From an uncultured Bdellovibrionales bacterium (lineage in GTDB: Bacteria > Patescibacteriota > Minisyncoccia > Moranbacterales > UBA1568), in contig CAZTBI010000001.1 in assembly GCA_964612055.1 (NCBI GenBank), positions 228,824-292,823 on the forward strand: a DNA stretch of 64,000 nt, given 5' to 3'. The position numbers were made by a program, and so were the translations under genes. This document shows positions 28,069 through 37,924 of the stretch, in pieces. Position 1 is the first letter of the stretch; each line of letters begins with the position of its first letter. Below the pieces are notes generated by a model that saw only the letters and a program-made list of their open reading frames with translations, did no database searches and was not told where the DNA came from.

Positions 28069-28665
28069 ATGCAGTACCCAAAAGCTTTTCAATCGCTTAT
28101 TGCGCATTTCTCTGCCCTGCCGTCCGTTGGCCCGAAGATGGCGGAGCGTATCGTCCTCTACCTCTTCAAACAAGATCCGGAGAAGCTCCAGAACTTTGCT
28201 GAAAGTCTCGAAGAACTCCCCCGACTCAAGAGTTGCACGCGATGTTTTCATATTGCCGAAAAAGAACTCTGTGACATTTGCTCCGATAGTCGTCGCGACA
28301 CCACCGCCTTGTGCGTGGTCGAAGAACCACTCGACGTTATTGCCATCGAACGTTTGGGTATTTACTCTGGCCTGTATCATGTTTTAGGTGGTCTTCTTGA
28401 AACTGGCAAGAATGATAATAGCGGCAATTTACGCATTACCGAGCTCTTACACCGAGTTTCAGGCGACGGTATCGTAGAGGTCATTTTGGCCACCAACCCG
28501 ACGACTGAGGGCGATCTGACCGCTTTATACCTGAAAAAGAAACTTGAGTCTCTCGGGGTCAAAATTACCCGTATGGGACGGGGTCTGGCCACTGGTGGCG
28601 ACATTGAATATGCTGACGAACTTACTTTGAGTGCCGCCTTGACAAATCGCAAGGAACTGGCATAA
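28069..28665 (+). CDS. recR: Recombination mediator RecR
   Basis: LPSVGPKMAER, C4 zinc finger, CVVEEP, ATNPTTEG. Confidence 0.96.
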   Translation: MQYPKAFQSLIAHFSALPSVGPKMAERIVLYLFKQDPEKLQNFAESLEELPRLKSCTRCFHIAEKELCDICSDSRRDTTALCVVEEPLDVIAIERLGIYSGLYHVLGGLLETGKNDNSGNLRITELLHRVSGDGIVEVILATNPTTEGDLTALYLKKKLESLGVKITRMGRGLATGGDIEYADELTLSAALTNRKELA

Positions 28666-28704
28666 TTACAAGCATCGTTTTGAACCAAAGCGAAGGAGAC
28701 AGAG

Positions 28705-28875
28705 ATGCCAGCAGTTGTTCCAGCATCAATCCCGGTTCCACTGGGAGATCCGCCAATCGACTACGACAGCCTTACCGAGGAAGAACGAAAGAAAGCCCTC
28801 CTCGCCCTTCAAGAAGGGACCGCCTATCCGGAGAACATCTTGCCTCCCACTGGCGTCTCACTTGCCAGCGAGTAA
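28705..28875 (+). CDS. Small orphan protein (56 aa), below the ORF-track cutoff
   Basis: AAGGAG SD; MPAVVPASIPVPLGDPPIDYDSLTEEERKK...; terminator at ~28901-28933. Confidence 0.55.
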   Translation: MPAVVPASIPVPLGDPPIDYDSLTEEERKKALLALQEGTAYPENILPPTGVSLASE

Positions 28876-28986
28876 GTCGGCAACCATGTGCAAAAAAATC
28901 AAGAGCGGACCCGAAGCCTCAGGTCCGCCTTTTCATTTTCTTTATTTTAGAAATAAAAAACCCGCTCTTGTAAGCGGGTTTTAGAT

Positions 28987-29295
28987 TTAAGCAGAAATCT
29001 TGGTGATCTGTACTTCTGTGTATGGCTGACGGTGTCCGAAACGAACGAGGTAACGCTTCTTTGGCTTGTGCTTCACGCCCTTTACCTTGTCATGACGATC
29101 TTGAGCGACAACTTTGCCCTCAACAACAGCCTTTTCCAATACTGGAGTACCAACATGAGCTACTTTGTCATCACCGACAAAGAGCACTTCAAATTTCACT
29201 ACACCATCAACTTCCGTGTCGAGCTTTTCAATCTTAACCTTGTCCCCTTCGGAGACTTTGTATTGCTTGCCACCAGTTCTGATAATCGCCAACAT
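28987..29295 (-). CDS. rplU: 50S ribosomal protein bL21
   Basis: AIIRTGGKQYKV...GHRQPYT. Confidence 0.96.
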   Translation of the reverse strand: MLAIIRTGGKQYKVSEGDKVKIEKLDTEVDGVVKFEVLFVGDDKVAHVGTPVLEKAVVEGKVVAQDRHDKVKGVKHKPKKRYLVRFGHRQPYTEVQITKISA

Positions 29296-29373
29296 ACGCC
29301 AAAAATGAGCCATTTAGATACTTGCCTATTGTACCGGATTTCCCGAGCCCTGTCAAACCTGCTACCTTTCTAT

Positions 29374-30015
29374 TTAATTTTCTTCTTTTTGGACCTTTTT
29401 CAGAATAAGAACTTCTTGCCCAGTCTCTGGCTCAAGAACAAATTCAGATTCCAGTCCTAAATTGTCTACAAAAGCTTTTATTTTGTCCATTTCTCGAATC
29501 TGGTACTCTGGGTCAGAGGGACTCTGTAAGTCTAATTTAGCTTTTCTAAATGGACCAACACGGAACGTTCCTCCATCTTTCAAAACTCGGATGGCTTCTG
29601 GAAGCCACCTTGGATAATTTTCTAGTGAATATGTAGTAACAGCAAAGAGCGAAAGGACTTCATCAAAGCTCTCATCCCCGAAAGGAAGCTGCTCGGCAAT
29701 TCCGGCAACCACCAAAGGAGACTCAGGCAATCTTCCTCCAACGAAAGCTTTTATTTTTTCTTTTCGACTTGGCTGAAGGAACTTTCTTTGTTTTTCGTCA
29801 GCGTAATCAGGACTCATGGATATTACATCCGCTTTAATCCCTGCTTCTTTCATATCCCTTGCAAATCTTGCCTCTGGTCCAGCCCCCAGATCTAAGACTA
29901 CTTTTCCTTCCAAAGAATTTCTTTTAAAAGCAAGAAATCGCTCGTAATCATCAATACCTCTTCCTTTTTCTGGACCCTTCTCAATCGATCCTTTCCACGC
30001 TGGAGTCTCAAACAT
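29374..30015 (-). CDS. Class I SAM-dependent methyltransferase
   Basis: VLDLGAG, AEQLPFGDESFD, RVLKDGG. Confidence 0.85.
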   Translation of the reverse strand: MFETPAWKGSIEKGPEKGRGIDDYERFLAFKRNSLEGKVVLDLGAGPEARFARDMKEAGIKADVISMSPDYADEKQRKFLQPSRKEKIKAFVGGRLPESPLVVAGIAEQLPFGDESFDEVLSLFAVTTYSLENYPRWLPEAIRVLKDGGTFRVGPFRKAKLDLQSPSDPEYQIREMDKIKAFVDNLGLESEFVLEPETGQEVLILKKVQKEEN

Positions 30016-30019
30016 ACTA

Positions 30020-31900
30020 TTATTGTAAGATCGCTTTGATCCGGCGGACACCGGCCGAAGAGGCTTCTTCCTTGATAATCTTAAACTTCCCAAAGAGGGC
30101 TATATCAGCCGTCGTCGTGACATGTGGCCCACCGCAGAGTTCACGGGAATAGACCTTACCATCTGGTGCCTCTACCTGGTACACCGTCACTTTATCTGGA
30201 TATTTCTCCCAGAAACTTCCTTCGACGCCAGCGGCTTTGGCTGCATCTTTGTCCATTACTACTGTCCCGACTGTCGCCTGAGCAGCGATCGCCTCATTTA
30301 CGTAAGCTTCCACACGATCTAATATTTCTCGTGAGACTTTTTCTCCATAGGTGAAGTCGAACCGAGTGCGTTCTTCCGTAATATTGGATCCTGCTTGATG
30401 AACATCTGGTCCAAGCTCTTTGCGCAGTGCCGCAAGCATAAGATGGGTAGCTGTATGAAGCGCCGTCACCTTGACACTATGATCTGCTAGCCCGCCCTTG
30501 AATTTCCCAGCACTCGCCGTGCGAGAGAGGTCCTGATGTTTCTTAAATTCCTCACGAAAGGCCGCTTCATCAATAACCACTCCTTGCTCCTTGGCAAGTT
30601 CTTGAGTCATTTCAAGAGGAAAGCCGTAGGTAGATAGAAGATCGAAAGCATCCTTTCCAGTAAGAGCACCACTCTCTGTACGGCGCCCCAATTCTTTCAA
30701 CCCCTTCGAAAGCGTAGTTCGAAATTTTGTTTCCTCCTGAATCAGAGCTTCTGTAATAAAAGGTTTTTTCTCTGACAAGTTTGGATACGCTTCTTTGTAT
30801 GAACTAATAAAATCTTCTGCTAGAGCTGCCGCAAAGGACGTTTCTACTCCAAGAGCATCACTGTAGCGAATAGCACGACGAATCAAGCGGCGAACAAAGT
30901 AACCCTGATCCTTATTGGATGGCAAAACCCCATCTCCGATCAAGAAAATAGCAGCCCGCACATGATCCAAGACAACTCTCATAGCATAGGTAGTCCGTTC
31001 ATCGCTTCCATATGTTTTCCCAGAAAGTTTCTCTAGTGCTGTACGTGGGATATCGAAAAGTGGAATCATGAAGACATCAGGATTGTCTCGCAAGGCAGCA
31101 TCTATCCGTTCCAGTCCACCACCAAAGTCGACGTTTTGCTGAGCAAGTTTTTCAAAACCGGTAGCGGTCTTTTTGTACTCCATGAACACGTTGTTGCCGA
31201 TTTCCATGAAGCGGCCGCAATCACAATTCACATGACACGCTTCATCTTTCCACTGAGAAACTTCGTGAAGTCCTCGCTCAATACCGAAATCCCAGAACAT
31301 CTCCGTGTCTGGTCCGCCAGGTTCACCAACCGGCATATTCCCTGGTACACCAGCGCGACTCCACCAGTTCTTCTTTTCTGAATAGTAAAAGATGTGTTCC
31401 CCTTCACGCATACCATCTTGCTCTGGATTCTCCCCAATAGTCACCTCGATACCAACTTCTTTGAAAAGTGCCTGCCATTTTTCGGCTGACTCGGTATCTT
31501 TCGGAATGCCAAGCTCATCATTGCCACGGAAACAGGTAAAGTAGAGCTTCTTGGGATCGAGACCAAGCTCTTTCGTCAAAAACTCCCACATGAACGCGAT
31601 TTGCTCTTGTTTGAAATAATCACCAAAAGACCAGTTGCCGAGCATTTCGAAGAACGTGGTGTGACGATTGTCTCCAACCTCTTCAATGTCCTGACTACGG
31701 AAACACTTCTGCGAATCAGTGATACGCGTTCCCAACGGATGCTTCTCACCGAGAAGATACGGTACAATTGGCTGCATCCCAGAGCCAGTGAAAAGCGTGG
31801 TCGGGTCATTTTCTGGCACAAGCAAAGCAGAGGGAACAATCACGTGCCCTTTACTTTGGAAAAATTCGAGATACTTCTGTCGGATGTCGTTCGTATGCAT
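30020..31900 (-). CDS. alaS: Alanine-tRNA ligase, short form lacking the C-Ala domain
   Basis: RHTTFFEMLGNWSFGDYFK, HTATH and ELCGGPH editing motifs, ends at AGVRRIKA. Confidence 0.96.
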   Translation of the reverse strand: MHTNDIRQKYLEFFQSKGHVIVPSALLVPENDPTTLFTGSGMQPIVPYLLGEKHPLGTRITDSQKCFRSQDIEEVGDNRHTTFFEMLGNWSFGDYFKQEQIAFMWEFLTKELGLDPKKLYFTCFRGNDELGIPKDTESAEKWQALFKEVGIEVTIGENPEQDGMREGEHIFYYSEKKNWWSRAGVPGNMPVGEPGGPDTEMFWDFGIERGLHEVSQWKDEACHVNCDCGRFMEIGNNVFMEYKKTATGFEKLAQQNVDFGGGLERIDAALRDNPDVFMIPLFDIPRTALEKLSGKTYGSDERTTYAMRVVLDHVRAAIFLIGDGVLPSNKDQGYFVRRLIRRAIRYSDALGVETSFAAALAEDFISSYKEAYPNLSEKKPFITEALIQEETKFRTTLSKGLKELGRRTESGALTGKDAFDLLSTYGFPLEMTQELAKEQGVVIDEAAFREEFKKHQDLSRTASAGKFKGGLADHSVKVTALHTATHLMLAALRKELGPDVHQAGSNITEERTRFDFTYGEKVSREILDRVEAYVNEAIAAQATVGTVVMDKDAAKAAGVEGSFWEKYPDKVTVYQVEAPDGKVYSRELCGGPHVTTTADIALFGKFKIIKEEASSAGVRRIKAILQ

Positions 31901-31990
31901 ACCCGGTGGTAATACTTTCACTATTCTTAAAAATTGTAATCTTAGAGCATATCAGTTTACTTGCCTGGTGAAAGTTTTCCCACCGGGCAT
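31899..31990. repeat. 23-bp imperfect inverted repeat flanking a 46-bp spacer upstream of alaS
   Basis: ATACCCGGTGGTAATACTTTCAC (31899-31921) versus the reverse complement of 31968-31990: 20/23 identical. Confidence 0.85.
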
Positions 31991-31993
31991 AGA

Positions 31994-32254
31994 CTACAGT
32001 GCGTTCATTTTTTTCTTCAGCTGGGAAATTTCTCCATCGACATCAAAAATATTCCGATCCAGAGCGGCCAGAGCGGCTTCCTTTTCTTCTTTCTCAGATT
32101 CTAAACGGGAGATATCTTTTTTACAACGAGTCACCTCCGCCTGAATCGCCTCTTTCTTTCTTTCGAGGCTTCTTTTCTCTCCCTCAAAAGAAAATACCTC
32201 TGTCTCGAGACGTCGTCGCTCCCCTGCTTTGTTGCCAGTGTTTTCGTCATTCAT
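31994..32254 (-). CDS. Small coiled-coil protein
   Basis: E/K-rich heptads. Confidence 0.65.
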   Translation of the reverse strand: MNDENTGNKAGERRRLETEVFSFEGEKRSLERKKEAIQAEVTRCKKDISRLESEKEEKEAALAALDRNIFDVDGEISQLKKKMNAL

Positions 32255-32325
32255 AGAGGAAATACTTACGTTTCCGATACCCGATGATACCAGAAGAAAA
32301 GAAGAAAATCAATCCCGCACCTTGC

Positions 32326-34224
32326 TTATTCTACGCTCCCAGGGGCCACTATGATTGTCACTCGACTCTTGGCAGTCGGGATAGAAGAAGAGAACCACTG
32401 AGGCTTGAAGGTGATCTCGACTTTTTTGATTTCCGGAAAAGAACCAAGAAGACTATTGATTTCGGCAGTATTCTTCCCCAAAATCCCGTTCAAAAGTTTT
32501 TCCTTGTCGATCACCGACTCGGAATCAACAACCGCGTGTACTTTGAGACGTATTTTTTTGGCATCGTAGTCAGGAATAGCTTCACCATAGGAAAGAGTAA
32601 CCGTCGTTGGCCGGAAGGTCACGCCGTCAAGCTTTTGCTCACCGTTTTCAATGATTTTCTGCTTAATAGCATCTTCAGAGAAGATAAAGCCTCGTACTTT
32701 AAAAGTATTCTTATACTCAAAGGAAGTAGCTACCGTACCAGAAAGTGGTAGGGCTATATTTCCAAGAGCCACAATATCGAGGTTCTCCTCGAGCACCCGC
32801 TCACCAGAGAGGAGTTCTCCCTTCACTGAGTTCAGATAGGCTTCTTTGACTTTTGCTTTGGCCTGATTCTCAGCTTTTTCGAGATCTTCTTTGGAAATAA
32901 CACGGAGGTCTGCACCACTAGCATCCCCTCCACCAGACATCGCTTTGCTCGACTCCGCAGAAAACTTCTCATATTTCACACTTCCCTTGAAACCAGGGAT
33001 AGTAAACTTGGTAGCGGCAATATTGTACCCCACCCCGACCTGATCAGCTATCACAGAAGCTTCGATAACTCCTGGTTGACTGTTGGTCATACCAGGCACC
33101 ACCACGCCACTGGTCAGACGAAATATCTTGCCATCCGGTGCCTCGAGACGCGTGGTCGCTACCAATGACTGCGATTCTGTACTGAAGCGGTTGGAAATAA
33201 CAACCGTCCCATGAGCTTTCTGGGCTGTCCCGAGAGACGCGCCCGTAGCATCGACCGAAAAGACGACTTCCTGTTGTTTCTCAACTAAGCGAACTGGCAA
33301 AATATTCTCTTCCGCAAGAACGCCTTCGGAACGACCATCAAACTGGAGATCGACACCCTGCGTAGTTTTGTACGGGATGACTCGAACCTCTGCTTTTGGC
33401 AAGAAGAGAAATAACAGCACGCCGACAAGAGAAAGGAACGACACTCCTCCGAGAAGGAGGAAGATGCCGCCAACCTTTTTTGATCCTACAGCAATTTTTG
33501 GCTTCGTATCAGGGCGGTTTCTCACGACTGGAGCGCTCTGCGGCATAACTGCCTTACGATCTGCCGAGAAAAAGTTTTTCAACCGCTCTTCCCTGTTATC
33601 CGTAGGTACACTTCCCATACTCGAAGCCACTTCTTTTTGAGAGGGCACATACGAAGGAGTCATCATTGTCCGCATCGGCTTTGGAGCTATCGGCTGCTGT
33701 CTCTGTGCCTGTTCTTCAACCCGCTTAGAATTGAGACTGGTCTGCTGCAAAGGAGAAGCGTTTCGCACTCTGAGAGCCTGAGGCTGAGGAGCCTGAGTTT
33801 GCTTGATCTCTCGACGTATGCCGTTTTCTCCACTTCCAGTATAAAAATCACTGCTCCCTAATTCTTCGGACCGAGGAGCATTTTGTTCGGCATTCAAAAT
33901 CTTGGCTGGCGCCTTTTTCTCACCCTCAGATGAAACAACCATCTCCATGTGAGTAGCTTTACGAGAAAAATCATCCGTATAGTGTTCGGTAGCGAGGCCA
34001 GCTTTTTCAGCGAGCGCTTTCCCTGTCTCGTCTTGAGTAACCACGATAACTTTTTTCCCTAATTTTTCAGCCTCTCTCTGAAACAAACGGAGATTGATGA
34101 TACTTTGCAGTACCAATGAGCGCTTCGGGAAAATAAAATAATTCTCCTCGGAAGACGAGTGACGGAGACGGCCGATGACTGAGATAATCTCTTCGTCATT
34201 TTCGATATAAAATGTCTGTGGCAT
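32326..34224 (-). CDS. Membrane protein with baseplate-J-like extracellular region
   Basis: N-terminal LQSIINLRLF domain, single TM, ADQVGVGYNI...FTIPG...MSGG pattern; adjacent to the FtsA-like gene. Confidence 0.7.
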   Translation of the reverse strand: MPQTFYIENDEEIISVIGRLRHSSSEENYFIFPKRSLVLQSIINLRLFQREAEKLGKKVIVVTQDETGKALAEKAGLATEHYTDDFSRKATHMEMVVSSEGEKKAPAKILNAEQNAPRSEELGSSDFYTGSGENGIRREIKQTQAPQPQALRVRNASPLQQTSLNSKRVEEQAQRQQPIAPKPMRTMMTPSYVPSQKEVASSMGSVPTDNREERLKNFFSADRKAVMPQSAPVVRNRPDTKPKIAVGSKKVGGIFLLLGGVSFLSLVGVLLFLFLPKAEVRVIPYKTTQGVDLQFDGRSEGVLAEENILPVRLVEKQQEVVFSVDATGASLGTAQKAHGTVVISNRFSTESQSLVATTRLEAPDGKIFRLTSGVVVPGMTNSQPGVIEASVIADQVGVGYNIAATKFTIPGFKGSVKYEKFSAESSKAMSGGGDASGADLRVISKEDLEKAENQAKAKVKEAYLNSVKGELLSGERVLEENLDIVALGNIALPLSGTVATSFEYKNTFKVRGFIFSEDAIKQKIIENGEQKLDGVTFRPTTVTLSYGEAIPDYDAKKIRLKVHAVVDSESVIDKEKLLNGILGKNTAEINSLLGSFPEIKKVEITFKPQWFSSSIPTAKSRVTIIVAPGSVE

Positions 34225-34235
34225 AGGGATGGAAA

Positions 34236-35492
34236 TTATTTTTTCTCAAGTGACTCCATACTGCGACGTAAAATACTGGAAAGCATCTTTTCTTCTTCGA
34301 CGGAATCAAGGAGAGCAAGGTGCGCCAAACCAATCGGTGTCATATCCTGCGGATTATTTAGTTCTCCGGTGGTATCAGTAATACGAGCGACGTCACGAGG
34401 CTGTAGGAAAGAAACTTGCGGGACTTTTGGGAAAGGAAAGGTAGACCACTCTTGTGAAAGCAGTGCTTGTTTGATACCTGGCAACGCTGAACCACCACCA
34501 CAGAGGAAAATACGAGGTGGGAGCAGGTCTGTCTCAGCAAATTCAAGGAGCGAAAGCTCCACTCCACCGAGCCAGATACGACAGTCATCAGCAAACAAAG
34601 CGGCGATACGGCCTGCTTCTTCACTTTTCAAACGGCCATTGGCATAGTCTATCTTCATCCGTTCGGCGACATCGAAATTGACCTGAAATTCCTGCATCAA
34701 ACGCTTGGTAAAAGCACGACCACCCAAAGCAAACATCTTGGTCCCTTCCAGTCCGCCATTGCGCACCACAGCAATATCAGTGGTTCCTCCTCCAATATCA
34801 ATGAAGATAGCGCTGAAATCGAGCATATCAGCCACTTCTATGGAACGAGCTACCGCATACGGCTCAGCGGCCACAGAGAGAAGATCAAGCCCAAGCTCAT
34901 CGGCAATGGTTTCGAGAGCACCCAAGTGCACCATAGGCGCGTAAGCATTGAAAACGCTCATGGAGACCTCTCTCCCCTGGAAATCAACTGGATTGACTAC
35001 TGGATAGCCATCAATCCGGACATCGACGATGGCGGCATTGATCAATTTGACGTCGATATCATCCTTCCCCATTTCCCAGGCCAGCTGGCGACGAATACGC
35101 TCATAGGCTTTTTCCTGCACCTTTTGGATAATCATCTTGAGCTCTGGAACCCCAATGTGCATTTCTGGATTAACGCGTTCATAGTGCACCGTCGTCGTCG
35201 TTCCTTTGACAAGCTCGCCTGCAATACCGATGATACTTTTCTCTACTCGCTTGACCCCGGCTTTTTCTTTGGCCAAAGCAATGGCCTGACGTGATGATTC
35301 AATCACCCCACTAATATCAGAAACAGCACCGCTTTGCATATTCCCCATTCTCTGCACCACTCGACCGACACCGATAACCACACCGCGTCGTTCTTGTTTC
35401 TCGATACGAAGAATAAGCGCTTTGACAACTTCGGTTCCTATATCCAAAGCAAGCACCAAATCAGATTCCTGTTTAAAGGAGAATAACCCCAT
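34236..35492 (-). CDS. FtsA-like actin-fold ATPase
   Basis: LALDIGTE, FIDIGGGTTD, LCGGGS. Confidence 0.85.
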   Translation of the reverse strand: MGLFSFKQESDLVLALDIGTEVVKALILRIEKQERRGVVIGVGRVVQRMGNMQSGAVSDISGVIESSRQAIALAKEKAGVKRVEKSIIGIAGELVKGTTTTVHYERVNPEMHIGVPELKMIIQKVQEKAYERIRRQLAWEMGKDDIDVKLINAAIVDVRIDGYPVVNPVDFQGREVSMSVFNAYAPMVHLGALETIADELGLDLLSVAAEPYAVARSIEVADMLDFSAIFIDIGGGTTDIAVVRNGGLEGTKMFALGGRAFTKRLMQEFQVNFDVAERMKIDYANGRLKSEEAGRIAALFADDCRIWLGGVELSLLEFAETDLLPPRIFLCGGGSALPGIKQALLSQEWSTFPFPKVPQVSFLQPRDVARITDTTGELNNPQDMTPIGLAHLALLDSVEEEKMLSSILRRSMESLEKK

Positions 35493-35558
35493 AAAAAATC
35501 TTTGTGTTTTCTTTACGCTTCATCTCTCTTATTATACACGAGTGAGCGATAAAAGACC

Positions 35559-36587
35559 TTAGCGGAGACGTTTCGGAGTAATCTTGGCAGAAATTTCTTC
35601 CATCTCATGAGGAGTGAGCAGTCCTTCTACTGCACCATAAAAACCGACAACGCTGCCACTGTTGGCTATTCCATATTGGAGAGCTCGTGAAAGAGGCTTC
35701 CCAGTTAGGTGTGCTGCAAAGAATCCTGATCCAAAGGCATCCCCGGCGCCCGTGCTATCAACCACCTTGATTCTGGTATGAATCGGGCAGTGCCAGTATT
35801 CTTTTCCGTCATACCCCCACGATCCCCTCTTACCATCTGTCATACCGATGCATTTCACGCCAGTCTGAGCTAATTTCTCCAGAAGAAACAATTCGTCGTC
35901 GAGCTCTGCGTTCGTCGGTTTCGGCGTTGACTGCAGGAGCAGTTCGATAGCTTCATCCTTGTTGAGAAGCAAAAGATCGACTGATGGAAGCGTGTCAAAA
36001 ATACGTTTCGGATTCTCTTTGATGTTGTGCTGACCAGGATTAAGAGCAAGCTTCAGGCCAAATTTTTCCTTGGCCGAAAGAAGAGTGTCCATGTTTGTTT
36101 CCCAATTACCATTCAAGGCACTGACGAAAAGCCACTTGGCACCACGAAGTTTTGCTTCCTCAACTACCAAACGTTCGTTGGCATCACGGTTATGAAAAAT
36201 CGTCCGTTCACCATTTTGAGTGAGAACGATGATGGCCGAGAGATCAGTCCTGGCATCAGTCTGCTGACACACGAGATTGGTCAACACGCCCTCTTCTTCA
36301 AACTCCTTGAGCAAAATCTTTCCAAGCGCATCGCCTCCGACACAGCTATACGGAGCGACCTGATGACCTAATCGTGCCAGTCCCACGGAAACATTGGCCG
36401 CGACTCCACCGATGGCTTCGTAGCGATCAGCCACTCGGTACTTTCCCCCAAGTTCAAACGCAATTTTCTCCTTGGCAGTAATATCTTCTGGGGTTTCGAG
36501 TATCGTTCCTTCGTCGGTCGGAAAAAAAATATCCTGTGAAGTAGAACCGATACAAATGACCTCTGGATTTTTCGTGCCGAACCACAT
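35559..36587 (-). CDS. PfkB-family carbohydrate kinase
   Basis: GGVAANVSVGLARLG, DSTGAGDAFGSG. Confidence 0.9.
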   Translation of the reverse strand: MWFGTKNPEVICIGSTSQDIFFPTDEGTILETPEDITAKEKIAFELGGKYRVADRYEAIGGVAANVSVGLARLGHQVAPYSCVGGDALGKILLKEFEEEGVLTNLVCQQTDARTDLSAIIVLTQNGERTIFHNRDANERLVVEEAKLRGAKWLFVSALNGNWETNMDTLLSAKEKFGLKLALNPGQHNIKENPKRIFDTLPSVDLLLLNKDEAIELLLQSTPKPTNAELDDELFLLEKLAQTGVKCIGMTDGKRGSWGYDGKEYWHCPIHTRIKVVDSTGAGDAFGSGFFAAHLTGKPLSRALQYGIANSGSVVGFYGAVEGLLTPHEMEEISAKITPKRLR

Positions 36588-36597
36588 AAAGAAATGT

Positions 36598-37878
36598 TTA
36601 GCGAGTAGACTCGTATATTTCCAAGAGACGATTATACTTTGCGAGACGCTCTCCACGAGAAAGCGATCCTGATTTGATGAATTCCGCTCCTGTCCCGAAG
36701 GCGAGATCAGCAATGAAATCATCCACTGTTTCTCCGGAACGATGGGAAATGACCCGATTCATCCCGTGCTCTTCTGCCAAACGCATACAATCAAGTGTCT
36801 CAGAAACAGAACCGATCTGGTTCACCTTGATAAGTACTGCATTACAGGCCTTCTTTTCAATTGCTTTCTTGAGACGCTCGACATTTGTCACCAAGAGATC
36901 ATCACCGATCAGCATCAATGGCTTCTTCCAGGCAGTTTCTTCTTTTTCCAATTTCTCCTTCATAGTTGGCCATCCCTCCCAATCCTCTTCATGCAAACCA
37001 TCTTCGATAGAAACGACCGCATACTTCTGCATCCATTCACGATAGACATTGATGAGACTCTCGCGAGAAAGCGCTGCCCCTTCCGGTTTCAAAAGATATT
37101 GATCTTCTGTCTTGTCATAAAAAGAATCAGCCGCAACATCAAGTCCAACAAAAATATCTTCCCCCATTTTGTACCCAGCATCAGTCACGGCCTGACCGAT
37201 AACTTCCAGGGCCTGCGCATGACTTTCTACTCGAGGAGCAAATCCCCCCTCGTCACCTACAGCCGTTGTGAAACCGCGTTGTTCCAAAATCTTCTGTAAT
37301 GCATGAAATACTTCACTGCCTGCCCGAAGCTGCTCAGGGAAAGTCTTGATTCCAAACGGGACAATTTTAAATTCCTGAACCGAGAGACCAGAATCGGCGT
37401 GCTTTCCGCCATTCACAATATTGAACATCGGTACCGGAAAAGAAGCCTCTGACTTCTTTTTGCCGTAAAGCTCGGCAATATGTTCATACAGTGGCATCTT
37501 GGCAGACTTAGCGGCAGCACGACAGGCAGCCAAGGAAACACCCAAGATAGCATTGGCTCCAAGACGCCCCTTATTCGGAGTACCATCAAGTGCCGTCATC
37601 TTCTCATCAAGTGCTTTTTGATCAGCAGCATCCATCCCGAGCACTGCTTCAGCGATTTCTGTGTTGACGTTAGCAACGGCCTGGAGTACTCCGGCGCCAC
37701 GATAACGCTTCGTATCACCATCGCGAAGCTCAACTGCTTCAAAGGCACCTGTTGATTTCCCGGATGGGACACCGGCACGCGCTACAATACCATCATCCAG
37801 GGTCACTTTTACCTCTACGGTTGGCTCACCACGAGAATCCAGAATCTCTCTCGCCTGTACAGCAGTAATTTTTGCCAT
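36598..37878 (-). CDS. eno: Enolase
   Basis: REILDSRG, VGDEGGF, SHRSGET, ERLAKYN. Confidence 0.97.
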   Translation of the reverse strand: MAKITAVQAREILDSRGEPTVEVKVTLDDGIVARAGVPSGKSTGAFEAVELRDGDTKRYRGAGVLQAVANVNTEIAEAVLGMDAADQKALDEKMTALDGTPNKGRLGANAILGVSLAACRAAAKSAKMPLYEHIAELYGKKKSEASFPVPMFNIVNGGKHADSGLSVQEFKIVPFGIKTFPEQLRAGSEVFHALQKILEQRGFTTAVGDEGGFAPRVESHAQALEVIGQAVTDAGYKMGEDIFVGLDVAADSFYDKTEDQYLLKPEGAALSRESLINVYREWMQKYAVVSIEDGLHEEDWEGWPTMKEKLEKEETAWKKPLMLIGDDLLVTNVERLKKAIEKKACNAVLIKVNQIGSVSETLDCMRLAEEHGMNRVISHRSGETVDDFIADLAFGTGAEFIKSGSLSRGERLAKYNRLLEIYESTR

Positions 37879-37924
37879 AGATTCATTTCAACAGTTTAGT
37901 ATTCGGAAACTTTTCTTTAGTATA

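Noticed and set aside
32326-34224. Prophage or tailocin
   Set aside because: Single baseplate-J-like gene with a TM among housekeeping genes; no other phage genes
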